From: Cyanophora paradoxa CCMP329
Taxonomy: Eukaryota; Plantae; Glaucophyta
Direction: 5' to 3'
Assembly: GCA_004431415.1 (NCBI GenBank)
Contig: QPMI01000490.1
Span: 71,065-135,064, forward strand
DNA: 64,000 nucleotides
Made by a program: the position numbers and the translations under genes. The notes below the pieces were generated by a model, which worked only from the letters and a program-made list of their open reading frames with translations, was not told the origin of the DNA and ran no database searches. Numbering within the stretch: the stretch's first letter is position 1; every line of letters starts with the position of its first letter. Positions 12,801-25,489 of the stretch are shown one piece after another.

Positions 12801-14860
12801 CTTCACCTCGGCCGCGGAGGCGTTGCCGGGCACGGTCGCCGTCAGCGGCCCGAGGGCCAGCTGCACGGTGCCGTTCGCCGTCCCGTTCGCGATCGTGATC
12901 GTCTGCACGTCGTTCCTGGGCGCCCCGCGCAAGTACACGCGCTGCGCGGCGGCGAAGAAGAGCTTAGGAGCAGAAGATACACACGGAAATCGAGGAAATC
13001 GGGGACCTGGCGCTCGTCGACGGCGTTGGCGGCCTGCGCATTCGTGTAGAGCGGCGCGCCGACCCGCACGGCGACGTCCTGGTTCGAGCCGCCGCTGCCC
13101 TGCTGCTGCAGGGAGCGCAGGAAGAGCCGCTCGCCCTTCTTGAGCGCCATCTTGGGCGACGCCTGCGCCGGGCTGGAGGCGTAGGTGCGGGGGGCCGTCC
13201 ACGTGTCGACGCGGGCGGCGCGGGTGAGGTTGGCGGGGCTCGGGCCGGCCCACAGCTCGCTGGCGTCGTCCGAGGACTGGAAGAAAGTGTACACCGCGTC
13301 CATCGGGGCCGTGAAGTAGGCTCTGAGGGGGAGGAAGAAGAGGAAAGTGAGGGGCAGACTTCAAGGATGGAAGAGGGGAGATCGAGGGCCGCACTCGATG
13401 AGCTGGCCGGTGTTGACGCCCCAGTCGCGGGGGGCCTCGAAGGCGGCGGGGAGGAGGCGGGAGACGTTGGGCGAGGCGGGGAAGCGCCGGTCGGCCTTGA
13501 GCGCCGAGAGGCCGCCGCTGACGCCCGTCCAGCCCCGGAAGCGAACGCCGCGGGAGCCGGGGAAGAGCTCGCCCGCCCCCGCCACGAACGCCGCGCCGGC
13601 CCGCGTCGTGCACACCACTGCGCGCCGCGCCCGTCAGCGGGGCGCGCGGGGAGGGGGGGCGGAAGAGCGCAGTGGGGGTACCGTGGTCGTAGGTGGAGAA
13701 GGTGACGTCGCAGGGGAGGCCGCCGGCGGTGACCTCGTTGTCGGCGGGGACAGGCGAGAAGCCCGAGCCGCGCACGGTCAGCGAGAGGCCGCCCCGGACC
13801 GACGCCGCCGGCGCCGAGAGGCCCGTGATCGCGGGGTACACCTGCCGAAGGCATCAGAGCGGCGCGGCGCGCGCGAGCGGACGAGCGGCCGGGGAGCTGG
13901 AGGGCGCGCCTGGAAGGTGTAGAGGCGGGCCTGCCCATCCATAAGGAACTCGTTGCGCGCCGGCTGCGCGTTGCCGTACTGGCGCGCGACCTGCGCCGAC
14001 GCGTAAGCGGACGAGGGCCAGGGGGGGTAGGCCTAGGGGGGCCCTGGCGCTGGGCGGGCCTGGAGGGTGAGGTTGTAGGAGCCGGCGGGGGAGGGCCCGG
14101 CGGTGGCGGCGAGCTTGTCCCAGGTCGGCATCTCCGTGTAGGGCGCCCCCGAGCTCGCGTTGAAGAGCCCGAAGCGGCCCTCGCCGGCGTACAGCCCGAT
14201 AATGTCGTTCACGTCGCTGGGGCAGAGGTTCTATGAGGGCCGGGCCCGGGCCCGGATCAAATTCGATCAGAAGGGCGTACCGGATGGAGAGGTTGGAGCC
14301 GCGGAGGGAGACGGGATCGCCAAAGCTGCCGGCCTGCGGCTCGATCGAGGAGAGCGCCGGCGTGTTCCCCTCCCGGTACGAGAACGCCTGCCGCCGCGTC
14401 AGCGCGAGATCGGCGCGGAACGGGAATCCGAGCGGGCGCACGCTGAAGAGGGTGGCGACGGAGGACTCCTTGCCGTCGACGATGACGGTGACCGGCACGC
14501 CCTCGGCGGGGGCGCTCGGCGCCGTCTCGCACACGACGCGCGTGCTCGTCGTGTAGTAGGGGAGGACGCGGCAGGGCGCGCCGCCCACAATGACGCCGTT
14601 CGAGCTCGTGAAGTCGCCGTTGTACTCCGAGAAGCCGTTGCCGACGATCGTCAGGTACGTCCCGCCCGCGACGGAGCCCGCCGTGGGCGTCACGTAGCCG
14701 ATCACTGCGCGGCGCGGTCAGGTCAGGCGGCCGGCCGCGGGGCGCGGGGGGCGGGCGAGCGGCGGCGCGCACTCTGGGCGGATGTGACCGCGGTCAGGGC
14801 GAGCGCCAGCAGCAGCACGAGCACCGCCGCGGCGCCCCGCGGGCGCGCTAACCGCGTCAT
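106..14860 (-). CDS. PKHD1L1: Giant multi-exon fibrocystin-L (PKHD1L1/PKHD1)-like type I membrane protein: signal peptide, many IPT/TIG domains, PA14, two G8 domains with beta-helix repeats, Pro/Ala-rich stalk, one TM helix
   Basis: ATG at 14860 gives the signal peptide MTRLARPRGAAAVLVLLLALALTAVTSAQ. TIG repeats include VTPTAGSVAGGTYLTIVGNGFS and PTVVSVTPNRGSTAGGTVITLTGTG. PA14-like YFTAPMDAVYTFFQSSDDASELW lies near 13300. G8 motifs are DLWSRRTTWGG..GDSVVI..QTVLLD (~8200) and RWSDPKSW...VPRAGEDVLI (~5170). VAYLTRNVLVRG..GQAFTLGRYAIHFH lies near 7300. The TM segment AAVVAGIVVGAVAAALVVGLSAYGIRR is near 750 and the stop is at 106. There is an apparent 1-nt frameshift near 870. Confidence 0.88.
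792..822. repeat. (CTG)n microsatellite encoding poly-Gln just before the TM helix of the fibrocystin-like protein
   Basis: gctgctgctg... run visible directly. Confidence 0.9.
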
Positions 14861-16428
14861 GGCTGGGGGATCCCCGCTCTCCGGGACGCCGCGACCACGC
14901 GCCGCGCTCCTCCGGGCTTCCTTGCTTCAAGTTCGAACGCTTTCCCGGCCGATGTGGAGCTGCGCTGAGCTGGCGCTGGATGCTGGAGGCGGGGCCTAGC
15001 TCTATCTCCGGCGGCGGCTGCCGTCCGGAGGCGTAGGCGACGAGCGCAGAGGCCTAGGGAGCGCCGAGAGCCGCCACTCGGTACGAAGGCGCAGATCTGC
15101 GCGCGTGCGCGAGCATCTCGACGTCAGCCCCCGCGGCGCGAGCGCTCCTCGCGTGCGCATATCGCCCCGCACCTTCCGATTGTCACGCAGATGAGATCGA
15201 ACGCGCCGATCCGCGTCCGAAGGCCGCCCGAGCGCGGCTTCCACCCAACACCACCCACCCGTGCGCGAACGAATCGCCTGAGAGCGCTGGTGCTGCTGCC
15301 GTGCGGGAAGCGACGGGCGCTGCTGCGATCGATGCCTTGGAAGAGAGCGAATGATGCCGATGCGCGCCGGATCGTAATCGACTCGGCCCGAGGCGCCTCG
15401 CTGGCGGTCTCTCCGCGCCAAGCAGGCACTCGGAAGAGCGCATGATGAACCGGCGAACAGAGGCCTGCACTCGGCGTTCCTCCCCCCCCCCCCCCCCTCG
15501 CTCGGAGGTGTGGACACGTGTTCGAAGTCGCGCGGCCAGCTAGCGCCACGGGGGTGACGACTCTCACTGACGAGACCGCGGCGCAGCGAAAGCGCATGCG
15601 CAGGCGACGGCCAAGCAGCCGGCTCTGTCGCTGATGCTATATAGCTAGCCTGCGGATGGCGCGGCGCCGGCAGCGCGGATGTGGCGCGTTGCACGCGTGT
15701 ACCCCAAGAGATCTTCTTCCCCCGGAGGGGCCGAATTGATTGATCGCGCGCAACCTTGTGCTTCTCCGCAGAGTCCGTACCCGCAGGTGACCGAAGTCAC
15801 GCGCGTGCGCAAGCTGCCTGCAAGGCTGCAACCAGCGCACTGCCGCAGTGCGCCTGCAACTTCCAAGATATAGCTACTTCCAGCTTGCAGCCTGGAAGCG
15901 CCCGGAGGCGCCGGACAGCTGTGAGTTCGCGCGGCTTCCGGAGCTCTGTCGGAGGTGCGCAGCACCTCAGCGCGTGCCGAGGTCCAGCAGCAGCCAGGTG
16001 CAACTTCACGTAACCTCGCTTACAAAGCGCAAAGGATCGCGCTCGAGCCTCGTTGGGTGCGCCGAGGCTGCATGCATATGCGCGCGAGGCGCCGCGCGCG
16101 CCGCGCATGCGCAGTTTTTTGACCCCCCACGTGCACTGCAGCTGGTAGCTAAGGCGGTCGGAGGCTGCCGAGGAGCGCGGCTGAGCAGAGGAGGCTTGTG
16201 GCCCAATTGCAACGGGCGCTTGAAGCTTGAAGTGCTGGGTTGGCGCGCGCCGAGACTGCCGGTGCGCGTGGTGCGCCGCTGCGCGCGCCTCCCACCACGT
16301 GCGCGTGCAATCATCGGTAGCTAACAGAGCCAAAGCCCCGCAGGAGCTGCCGAGGAGGCGGCGGGTGGCCCAGCGATCGGGGGCCCGGCGGCCGTGCGCG
16401 AGGCGCTCCTGCCAGCTAGGGCGCAGCA

Positions 16429-19400
16429 ATGGCGGACGGAGCGGCGCCGGCGGGGCCGGCGGGCGGGGCCGGGGCGAAGCGGGGGCGGCACGCGGCGCTC
16501 GCCTCGCGGAACCGCAGCGTGACGGGACTCGGGAGCCAGCTCGTCCTCAGCGACCGCGCCTCGGGTCCGCCCCCCCGCCCCCCGCCCGCGCAGCTCAGGC
16601 CCTAGAAGAAGAAGAGGCGCCCCGCCTCGCCTCGCCCCTCCTCGCGTGACGGGCGGCCGCGGGGCCAGCGACGAGCGGCGGGGACGGGGAGGGGAGCAAC
16701 CGCTTCACGGGCTCGACGACCTCCTCGGGGAACACGTCGGCCCTCTTCGGCCTCGGCGAGGTCGCCCGCCTCTTCCAGGAGACCGTGCGCGCCCCCCGAG
16801 CCCGACCCGGGCTCGACCCCCGCGCCCGCGCTGACGCTCGGGGCAGGTCTTCGGAGTGGTCCGCCGGCCGTCTTGGGGGGGGGCGGGCTCCCCGGGCCAC
16901 GCCGCTGAGCGCGCCGCCCGGCCCCGCCCCGCGCAGGTCGCCGTGATGTCCCGCGGCTCGCAGCGTCGCCTCGCGTGGGCCGGTCCGCCCCCCGACTCCG
17001 AGCTGTGCGCGGAGGCCCGCGGGGGGCCAGACGCGCGCTTCGTTCGCATCGCAGTGCTGGAGGCGGCGATCGTGGGACTCCAGTTCCTCCTCTTCCCCAT
17101 GCAGCTCTTCTCCTGGGCCGGCCTCGGCACCATCGCGCGTACCCCCGCCGACAGCGCCTCACCCGTACCCCCCTCACGCCCCCCGGCCCGCAGGCGAACC
17201 CCGTCCGGGAGGTCCTCCGCCTCGCAGTACCCTTCCGCCTCTCCAGGCCCGCCCCACTCCGGCTCTCCCGTACCCCCAAACCGGCTCTTCCATGAATCCG
17301 GTACCCCCCGCAGCCTACGGTACGAGATCTACCTCGGGATCTTCTGGACAGCCTCCGCGCTCGTCGGCCTGTGCCTCGCCACCGCCGCCTACGTCGGGTG
17401 CGTACCCCCCTGTCGTTTCGGAATTTCGTACCCCCCTCACGCCGGGTACAGCTACGCTTTTGCGAGGCAGGACTTCCGGTTCATGTTCCCCCTCCGCTTC
17501 CTCCACTTCGCCGTATCCCGCTGCATCTCCCTCCTCTACATGCCCCTCATCTCCGGTACCCCCGGGACCTCCTAGACAGCGTACCCCCAGCTCTGACCCC
17601 CCACACACACAAAAAAACCCAGTGTTTTCGGCCGCGTGGAACTGCCCCCTTCGCTCCAGCGGTCGCCCCACCGCCCACAACTACTTCCCCGGTACCCCTT
17701 TCGCTCCCATGTACCCCCCTCCCCCAACCGCCCCGCAGAGAACCTCATCTGCTGGACGGGCCCCCACATCCCGCTCATGTGCCCATTCCTTCTCCACCTT
17801 ATCCCGTACCCCCGTTCCGACCCGGTACCCGTACCCCCAGGCTGGTGTCGCTGGCGGCGGCGCTGCTGTTCACGGCCTTCGCCTTCGCCGCCGCTCTGCT
17901 CTTCTTCGAGCCCGACGCGACCAAGGCCGGGCCCGAGGGCGAGCGCGAGTACTTCTCAAGGTGCCCCTGATTTCCCCCCCCCCCCCCCCCCCCTCTTGTT
18001 TTTGACGCCGGGGTAGGCCGCACTCGCGTGTGGACGCCCTCTTCCTCCTCAACAACGTAGCCCTCTCCGTGCGCGCCCCGTACCCCCGCCCCCCAAAGGA
18101 GGTGCGGCGGGCGCCGACCCGGGGCAGGTGCTGGTGAACATCGACTCTGTACCCCCCATCCTCCTCGGCCTGCTCTTCCTCGGCTCGGGGCTGGCCTTCC
18201 TCTACGCCACGCTCTCCTACTACCCCTACCACCGCCTCCCCGCCAACATGCACCAGGCCGGTGCGCCGCTCCCCGGCCCCTCCCCCCCGCCCTCGTCCCC
18301 CGCCCCGCCCCGCCAAGCCTGGGGCAGGCGTCTTCGGGGCCTTCTCGTACATGTCGCTGCTGTGCGTGCTGGACGCCCACTACGGCGAGCGCCTCCCGGG
18401 CCTCTCCTACGCCTTCCTCGGCGGCACCGTGCGCCCTTTCGTTCTCGTTCCACGGCCTCGGCCTCGGCCTCAGCCTCGGCCGCAGGTGCCGGCGTACCTG
18501 GCGGGTCTGGCCTTCGCGTGGGCGCGCTTCCGCCTGCAGATGTGCACCGGCCGCATCGACATCGTGCGGGCCCCGCGCGGCGGCCCCTTCTGGACCCGAC
18601 GCCCCGGCAGGTGCGGCGGATCAAGAGCCCGCTGCACGTGGAGATCGCCGCGCGCTTCGTCTTCGACTCGGCGGCCGGCGCCGGGGCCGAGGCCGACTTC
18701 GACGAGGCGGCCGTGGACGCCGCCAACCAAATCTTCCGCGCCGGTCAGCCGGCAACCAGAGGCACCGGCCCCGCCCCCGCCGCCGCCTCCTGACCCCGCC
18801 TGGCGGGGCAGGGGTGGAGAAGTTCCCGGGGTCGGCTTCGGTGCTGCTGGCGTACGCCACCTTCTGCTTCGGCGTCCTCCGCTCCCCCGAGCTCGGTCCG
18901 CGACCCGCGAAGAGGGAGGAGGACGCGGCGGGGCGCCCGACTGACGCCGCGCGCAGCGCACGAGAAGGTGCAGCAGGCGGCGAAGCTGCACCCCGCCCTC
19001 GACTCCCGCTACATCATCTACCAGGCGCGCCCGGGGCCCGCCCCCCCGGCCCCGCCCCTCCTTCCTTCCTCGCCGACGCCCCGCCCCGCCCCTTGTGCAG
19101 TACGAGCTGGAGAGGCAGCAGAAGGCGCACGCGATCGACCTCGGCGACGCCAAGCGCGACCTCATCGCCCACATCGGTGGGGCCCCCGCCCCGCTGGCCC
19201 CGCTGGCCCCGCTGGCCTCGCTGGCCCCGCCTCTGAGCGCGGGGGCGGGGTAGAGTACACGTCGAACCTGCAGGGGGCGCGCAAGTACCACCGCGCCGGC
19301 GTCCGCGCCCTCCGCAAGGCGAGCGCGCCAGCGAGCCAGCGGGCCGGGCCGGGTGGCCGGGCCCTTCAGCCTTTCTGGCTGACCGGGGGCCTTCTCCCGG

Positions 19401-22400
19401 GGACAGTTCTGGGGCCAGCTGGCGGGCGACCCCCACGACCTCAACCTCCAGGCCCGCCCGCCCCCGCCCGCCCCCGCTTCCCTTCGCCTTGCGCCGAGCC
19501 CCGCCGCAGCAGCTCGAGTCCACGCTCGCCCGTATCGACCTCGCCGAGCGCCGGGTACGCCTTTGCGACCGAATCTCGAGTCCCATGGATGTGGCTCCCG
19601 GGGCCCGCCGCCCTGACTCCTCGGCAGGCCCACGCGCACTACCGGGCGCTCCTGGTTCGGTACCCCCGCGCCCCGCGCATCCTCCGCGCCTACGGCCGCT
19701 TCCAAGCGTACGTACCCCCCTGCTCCTCTTCCTCCCCTGCCCGTTGACGCGTACCCCCAGGGACGTGCTGAACGACGAGGGCGAGGCGAACGCGCTCTTC
19801 GAGCAGGCCGACATGTACGAGGTGCGAACGAAGGGGCCTCCTGGGGTACCGCGACCTTCCCCTCCGAGACGCGGTACCCCTCTGCCCGCAGGAGGCGAGG
19901 GGCCAGGACGAGGGCGGGGAGGCCGCGAGCCGTGGGAGCAGCGCGTACGGGCCGAGCCGGGGCGCATCGGTCCGCTTCGGGGCGGGGCCGGGGCCGCGGC
20001 AGGGCTCGTGGCGGGAGCAGCCGGCGCCGACCCTCAAGGGCCTCGCCGCCTCGCTCCTCTCGGGCCTCACCAGCTCGCTCCGCTCCCGCGCGGCCAAGTC
20101 CTCCACCCGCGTCCAGAACGACCCCGAGTGCGTCGTACCCCCCTCCGCCTTCGTCGCTCGGGCGGGCCTCACGGGCGCGGGGCGCGGCGGCCAGGCACGC
20201 GTCCGGGGCGGAGGAGGCGGTGGGGAACCCCTGGGAGAGCCTCGTCTCGCCGCGGCCGGACAGCGAGGCCGAGGCGGGGGCGGCGGCTGGCGCCGCCGGG
20301 CTCGCGGCGCTGGCGCCGGGCGAGGAGGCGCTGGCGGCGAGCGCGGCGGCGCTGGGCGGGGAGGGGGCGCGCCGGCTGGTCAAGAAGACGTCGTTCCTCA
20401 TCGATCGCGACGACGGCCCGCGACCACGCTCGCGGCTGCCCGAGCTGAGCCCCGAGGCCCTCGCCCAGACCCAGTCCTCGGCCCGCTCCCACTCGGGCTC
20501 CGGCGCCTCCTCCCCGGTCCCGCCGGCGCGGGCCGCGGCGCACGAGGCGGCCCCGCAGAAGCCGTCCATCCGCCGCCGCCGCCGCAGCGCCTCGCTCGAC
20601 GACGCCGCCGACGCGCCCCCGGCGCCGCCGCCCCGCCGGCGCCGGCTGCCCCGCCGAGCCGCCGGCAACGCCGTCCGGGGCGACCTCGCCCGACCGCGAC
20701 CGAGAGCCGCGGAGCGGCCGCTGCCGCCGCTGCGCGTCCCCACCCGCCTCAAGGTCTGCCCCCTCGTCCCCGACGGGCCCGAGGCAGCCGGCGGGGCCTC
20801 GGGCGAGAGCGGGCCGCCCTCGGCGCTGCCCTCCCCGCCCGCCTCGTTCAGCCTGCGCGGCGGGCCCCTCGGCGCCTCCCTCGCCTCCCTCCTCCGGCCC
20901 GCCGGCGACGGGGCGGCGCCGGGCGGCGCGTCGGTGCTGCTACTGGACCTGCAGGGGCCCGACGGAAGGGGCGAGGGCAAGGCGGCCCCCGCCGTCTTCT
21001 CTATGACGAGCTTCCTCAACGGGCCCACGCTCCTCAACGGCGAGGGCGGGCCCCGCGCCTCGGCCGCCTCGTCCCCGGCGGCGGCGGCGGGGCGGGGCGG
21101 GGGCGGCCCCGCGGGGGCCTCTGCGGCGGGCGGCGGGGGCGGGGGCGCGGCGTCGGAGGGCGAGGCGAGCGGGACGGAAGACGAGGCGGCGGCGCGGCGG
21201 CGCAAGCTGCGGCGCTGGACGCGCGTCAAGCGGCGCGTGCAGAGCGCGGGGCAGGCCCACGCCTCCTCCATCCGGTGCCGCGCCCTCCCCCACAGAGAGA
21301 GCCGCTCCGAAGCGTCCACGCGGCTTTACCCATCCCTCCCCGCCCCGCGTCGCGCAGGCGGATGAAGCACGTGGTGCTGGCGGTGCTGGCGGCGGTCGCG
21401 ATCCTCGCCGCCGTCGCCTTCGCCGTCATCGACCACCTCGTCTCCCAGTAGTGCGCCCCGGCCCCGGCCCCGGCCCCGGCCCCGGGCCGGCCCGCCCCAA
21501 GCCTCGCGCCCCGCTCCCTAGCTCGCTCCGTAGCCGGGCCTTGCTTCCTCGGGCGCCTCCTCAGCTCTGGCCGGCTGCCTCGGTCTCTCTCCTGACGCTC
21601 CCGGGCGCAGCGAGGACGCGATCGTGCAGGTGGCCGAGTCGGGCAAGCGCCGCAAGGACGCCGCCCTCTCCGCCTTCCACGCCCAGGCCCGCCCTCTCCT
21701 CTCGCGTTCTTCTTCTTGCTTTCTTCTTGGCTCTCGCTCACGCTCTCCCCGCAGGGCCTGATGCTGGCGGGGGGCGCGTGGGACGGGGACGGGCGTCTGG
21801 AGGCGCGCTCGCGGGCGGGGCTCGAGGAGGCGGCCGCCGAGCTCGACAGGTTCCACGTCCTCCTCTACAAGCTCGGTGCGCTCGCGCGAAGGCGAAGGCG
21901 GCAAAGAGAAAGAAGAGAACGCGAGCCCGCCTCGCAGGGGCGCGGGTGCCGGAGGACACGGAGGCGTCGATACGGGTGCGGGCCGTCGTCTCGGACCTCG
22001 GCGACACCGGCGAGGCGCGCACCGCGGCGTCCTCCATCCCGCTCGCTCCCTTTCCCTCTCATGGGGCGCGCAGGTGCCGACGACGCTCTGGGCGGCCGGC
22101 CTCGAGCTCGTCTCCAACGCGCAGCGCGTCGCCGGGATGCCCCTCGCCGCCCTCCGCAGCCCCGAGCGGCCCCAGGCGCGCGCGCGCCCCCGGCCCCTCC
22201 CATCCCTCCGCCCGCCCCCTCGCTCGGCTCTAGGCATCTTGTAGAGCGGCCCGCGTGCAGCAAAGCGAAACCTTGCATCTCTCAACAACTAGCTGACTTG
22301 CCTCCCTCCCTCCCCCCCTCCCTCCCTCCTCGCAGCGGGAGCTCTTCTTCGTGCGGGAGAACGGCCCCGACGTCCTCTACGAGGCCTTCCTCAACGCCAC

Positions 22401-25095
22401 CACCACCCTCGACCGCCACGCCTACTCCCGCTTCGCCTCCATGCGGTCCGCGCGCGTTGCCCCCGCCCGCCCGCCCCCCGCCCGCCGGTTTAAGCAGTGC
22501 GCGTCTAGTGCCTCTAGTGTCCCCCTCCCTCCCTCCCTCCCCGCATCGAGCCCGGGGCGGGCGCAGGGCCTTTTTGATCGCGAAGTTCGTGGCGGTGACG
22601 TGCCTGCTGCTGCTGCTGGCGCTCGCCTTCTTCCGCCCCACCGTCGCCTCCGTCCAGCGCGAGAAGCAGGCCGCCCTCGGTGCACCACGGGCCCCCCCCG
22701 CCCCCCTTGGCGCCTCCGCCGCTGGGGATCTACTGGAGACACTAGACTCTGCGCGCCCCGCGGCCTGCGATCTAATAATAGAGACACTAGACTCTGGGCG
22801 TCGTCCTCCGCCCCTTCCTCCTCCCCCCCCTCCTCCTGACTGGGCGCAGCGCTCTTCCGGGACATCCCGCACGCCGCCATCCGCGAGCTCGCCGCCTCCC
22901 ACCGGCCCGCCCCTCCCTCCTCCCCTCCCCCGCGCCCTTCTCACGCCTGTGCAGGCGGCGGGCGGTGCAGGAGGAGCTGGAGGCGGAGGGCTCGGACGAC
23001 GAGCTCCTCTTCGACCACGAGCTCGACGACCTCGCCGAGGCCCCCGGCAGTGCGCACCGCGGGGGCGGAGGGGGCGCGGGGGCGGGGGCGGGACTTCGAT
23101 CGAGATTGTGCGGTCGATCGCTCTAAAGCGTGGTCTTAGTAGCGGGCCGAAGGCGTAACGTCTCGGTCTCGAACAGTCGATAGCATGAGGTCTTGACTCA
23201 TATCTGCGCCTGTCCCGCGGCTGGGCCCCTCCCGCCTCTGACGAGAGTGCGGGGGGCCGCAGACGAGCGGCGGGCGCCGCGGACGGGCCGCAGCGGTTCG
23301 GTCGATCCCGAGGACCCCCAGCACGCCCGCGAGGCGCGTACCCCCGCCGGCCTCCTTCCGTATCCCTCTCGGCGCGTCGCTGACCGCGCTTGGCGCGGAG
23401 TGTAGGGTGACAAGGAGGGGGGCGAGGCGGAGCCCGGCCGCGTGGCCGCTCCGTCGGCGGCAGCGGCGGCGCTCCGGCGGGCCCGCCGCCGCCTCCTCCG
23501 CGCCTGGCGCGTCGTCGTCCGGGTTCGAACTCGCCCTCTCGCTCGCCTCGCTCGGATTCCGATGCGAGCCCGCGCAGCGGCTGGGGTCGCCGGACCGGGT
23601 GACGGTAATGTGCGCGGCGGACCTCAGATCGGATCTGACTCAGATCTGATCTGATCTGATCTGACCTGACCTGACCTGGTGCGGCCAGGTACACGGCGGC
23701 CTTCCTGTGCCTCTTCTTCGTCTTCCTCGCCTGGTTCGTCGTCGGCATGGTGCGGTACCCCTCTTCGCTCCTTCTCCTCCTTCGTTCTCTTCTCTCCTAG
23801 GCCTGACCTCCCTTCCCCGCAGGACACGGCCTACAACTGCGGTGCGTCCGTTATCGATCGCTCGCTCGCTTCCGCGGGCGGCGGGGCGTCGCCGCCGCCC
23901 GCCGCCCCCGCCCCTCCCCCGCCTGACGCGCGCGCCCCGCCGGCCCCTCAGAGTCGTTCAGCAGCGAGCGCAACTTCGCGGGGGCGCTGCGCTCCCTCCC
24001 CGCCAAGCTCCACTACCACGCCCGCGAGGCCCGCCCGCCCTCCCGCCCGCGCTTCTTCGTCTCCTGAGCCTCGCCCCTCGCCCCTTCAGATGGCGACGAA
24101 CCCGGGGGACTACGCGCGGCAGCGGGCGCTCCTCGCGCGCACCGTTGACATGATCCACACCTTCCACCGGTCCGCCCCGCCCCCGCCCAGCCCCCCCCCG
24201 CCTCCTCCTACGCTGCTCCTTACCGCGAGGCGCAGGGGCCTGCTGTTCGGGGACGCGTCGCTGCACCTGCCCGGGGCCCTCCACCGCTACGCCTCCGCCG
24301 ACGAGCTCCTCTTCGGCCCTGCCTGCCTCGCCGCCGCCCCCGCCGACTGCGCCCCCGCCGCGCCCAACGCGGCACTCCTCCGCGTCGGCCTCGAGAAGAT
24401 GCTGGCGCGTCTCGTGGAGGAGGCGCGGCTCCTCCTCACGACGCCCCCCGAGCGCCTGGGCCCGGCCGACGAGCACCTGGCGTACATGGAGGCCGTGGGG
24501 GCCTCGGCCCTCCAGCCCTCCCTCCAGCGCCTTGCCGACCTCTTCGTCGAGGAGGCGCGCGTACCCCCTTCTATATTTAGCGTTTCTAATTTTAGGCCGA
24601 GCGGCTTGCGCGCCGGCTTGAGCGCGTGCCTTAGACGCCGCCCAGCGCCTCGCTCGTGAGCTTGATTCGAGCGCCGCTCGCTCACTTCCGGGGGCGGGGG
24701 GGCAGGCGGACCTGCGGCTGCGGCAGTTCGCAGCGGCGCAGGCGGCGTGCTTCGCGGCGGTCTGCGTGCTCCTGCTCTTCGAGTACCTCCTCGTCTTCCG
24801 CCGCATCGTCTCGGGCCTCAACGACGAGGCCCGCCGCACCGTCTTCATGTTCCTCATGTCCGCCCGCCCCGGTCCCCCTAACTCCCCCGACCCGCCGGCG
24901 TCCGGCCCGAGAGGCCCGCTAGGCCCCAGAGAGCGCCTCGGACGCCTCTCCCTCTAGACGAGGCCCTTGAGCCTGACGCGCCCCCCCCCCCCCCGCCGGG
25001 CCAGGCTGCCGGCGGAGGTGATCGAGGCGACGGAGAGCATCAAGACGCACCTCGCGCGCCTCGTCGCCTCCGTCGCCGCCGGCGACGAGCTCTAG
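16429..25095 (+). CDS. Multi-exon TmcB/TmcC (tiny macrocyst)-like polytopic membrane protein with central TPR-like region
   Basis: N-terminal hydrophobic exons include IAVLEAAIVGLQFLLFP and YLGIFWTASALVGLCL. The spliced core reads EKFPGSASVLLAYATF..LDSRYIIYQ..EYTSNLQGARKYHRAGVRALRKFWGQL..AHAHYRALLVRYPRAPRILRAYGRF..DVLNDEGEANALFEQAD. C-terminal TM exons include LLLFEYLLVFRRIVSGLNDEARRTVFMFLM-LPAEVI. Stop TAG is at 25093-25095. Confidence 0.7.
23625..23677. repeat. Pentanucleotide (GATCT/GACCT)n intronic microsatellite
   Basis: cagatctgatctgatctgatctgacctgacctgacctg. Confidence 0.8.
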
Positions 25096-25324
25096 ATCTA
25101 GGGCCCCAGCCTTCATTCGCCCGGCCGGCCCAAGGCCTTAGCCGCGAGTCCGACGGTCTATTCGCATTGCTAGTCTTGCTTATTTTATTGCGCCCCCGAG
25201 GGCCCCGCTTCTTCTATTTCCCGCCGCTGTAGCTACCCGCTATGGCGCCGGCGTCGAGCTCTAGGCCCCCGGCACGCCAGCTGCCGGCCCGAGGTCGTGC
25301 TCGCTAGTCTATTGATATTGCTAG

Positions 25325-25384
25325 TCTTGATTATTGCCCGCCGGGCGGGGCGGACCCCCCCACCACAGTCCTAGGTTTCAACGG
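25325..25384 (+). repeat. 60-bp dispersed direct repeat, copy 1
   Basis: Matches 31089-31148 at 54/60 positions without gaps (manual alignment). Confidence 0.9.
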
Positions 25385-25489
25385 CCTACAAGGCTGGGGC
25401 CTGGTCGATGCTTCGCCCCGCGAAATGTGTACTATCACCTTTTGCAAGCACTATGGAGTAGTTCTGTGCTTGCTTGATTATCATGATCA

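Noticed and set aside
14860-16429. tRNA or ncRNA in the divergent intergenic region
   Set aside because: No recognisable cloverleaf or box A/B motifs were seen by eye.
25325-25384. Canonical Helitron 3' end (hairpin + CTAG)
   Set aside because: Similarity between the two copies continues about 10 bp past CTAG, so CTAG is not the terminus. It is kept only as an unclassified repeat.
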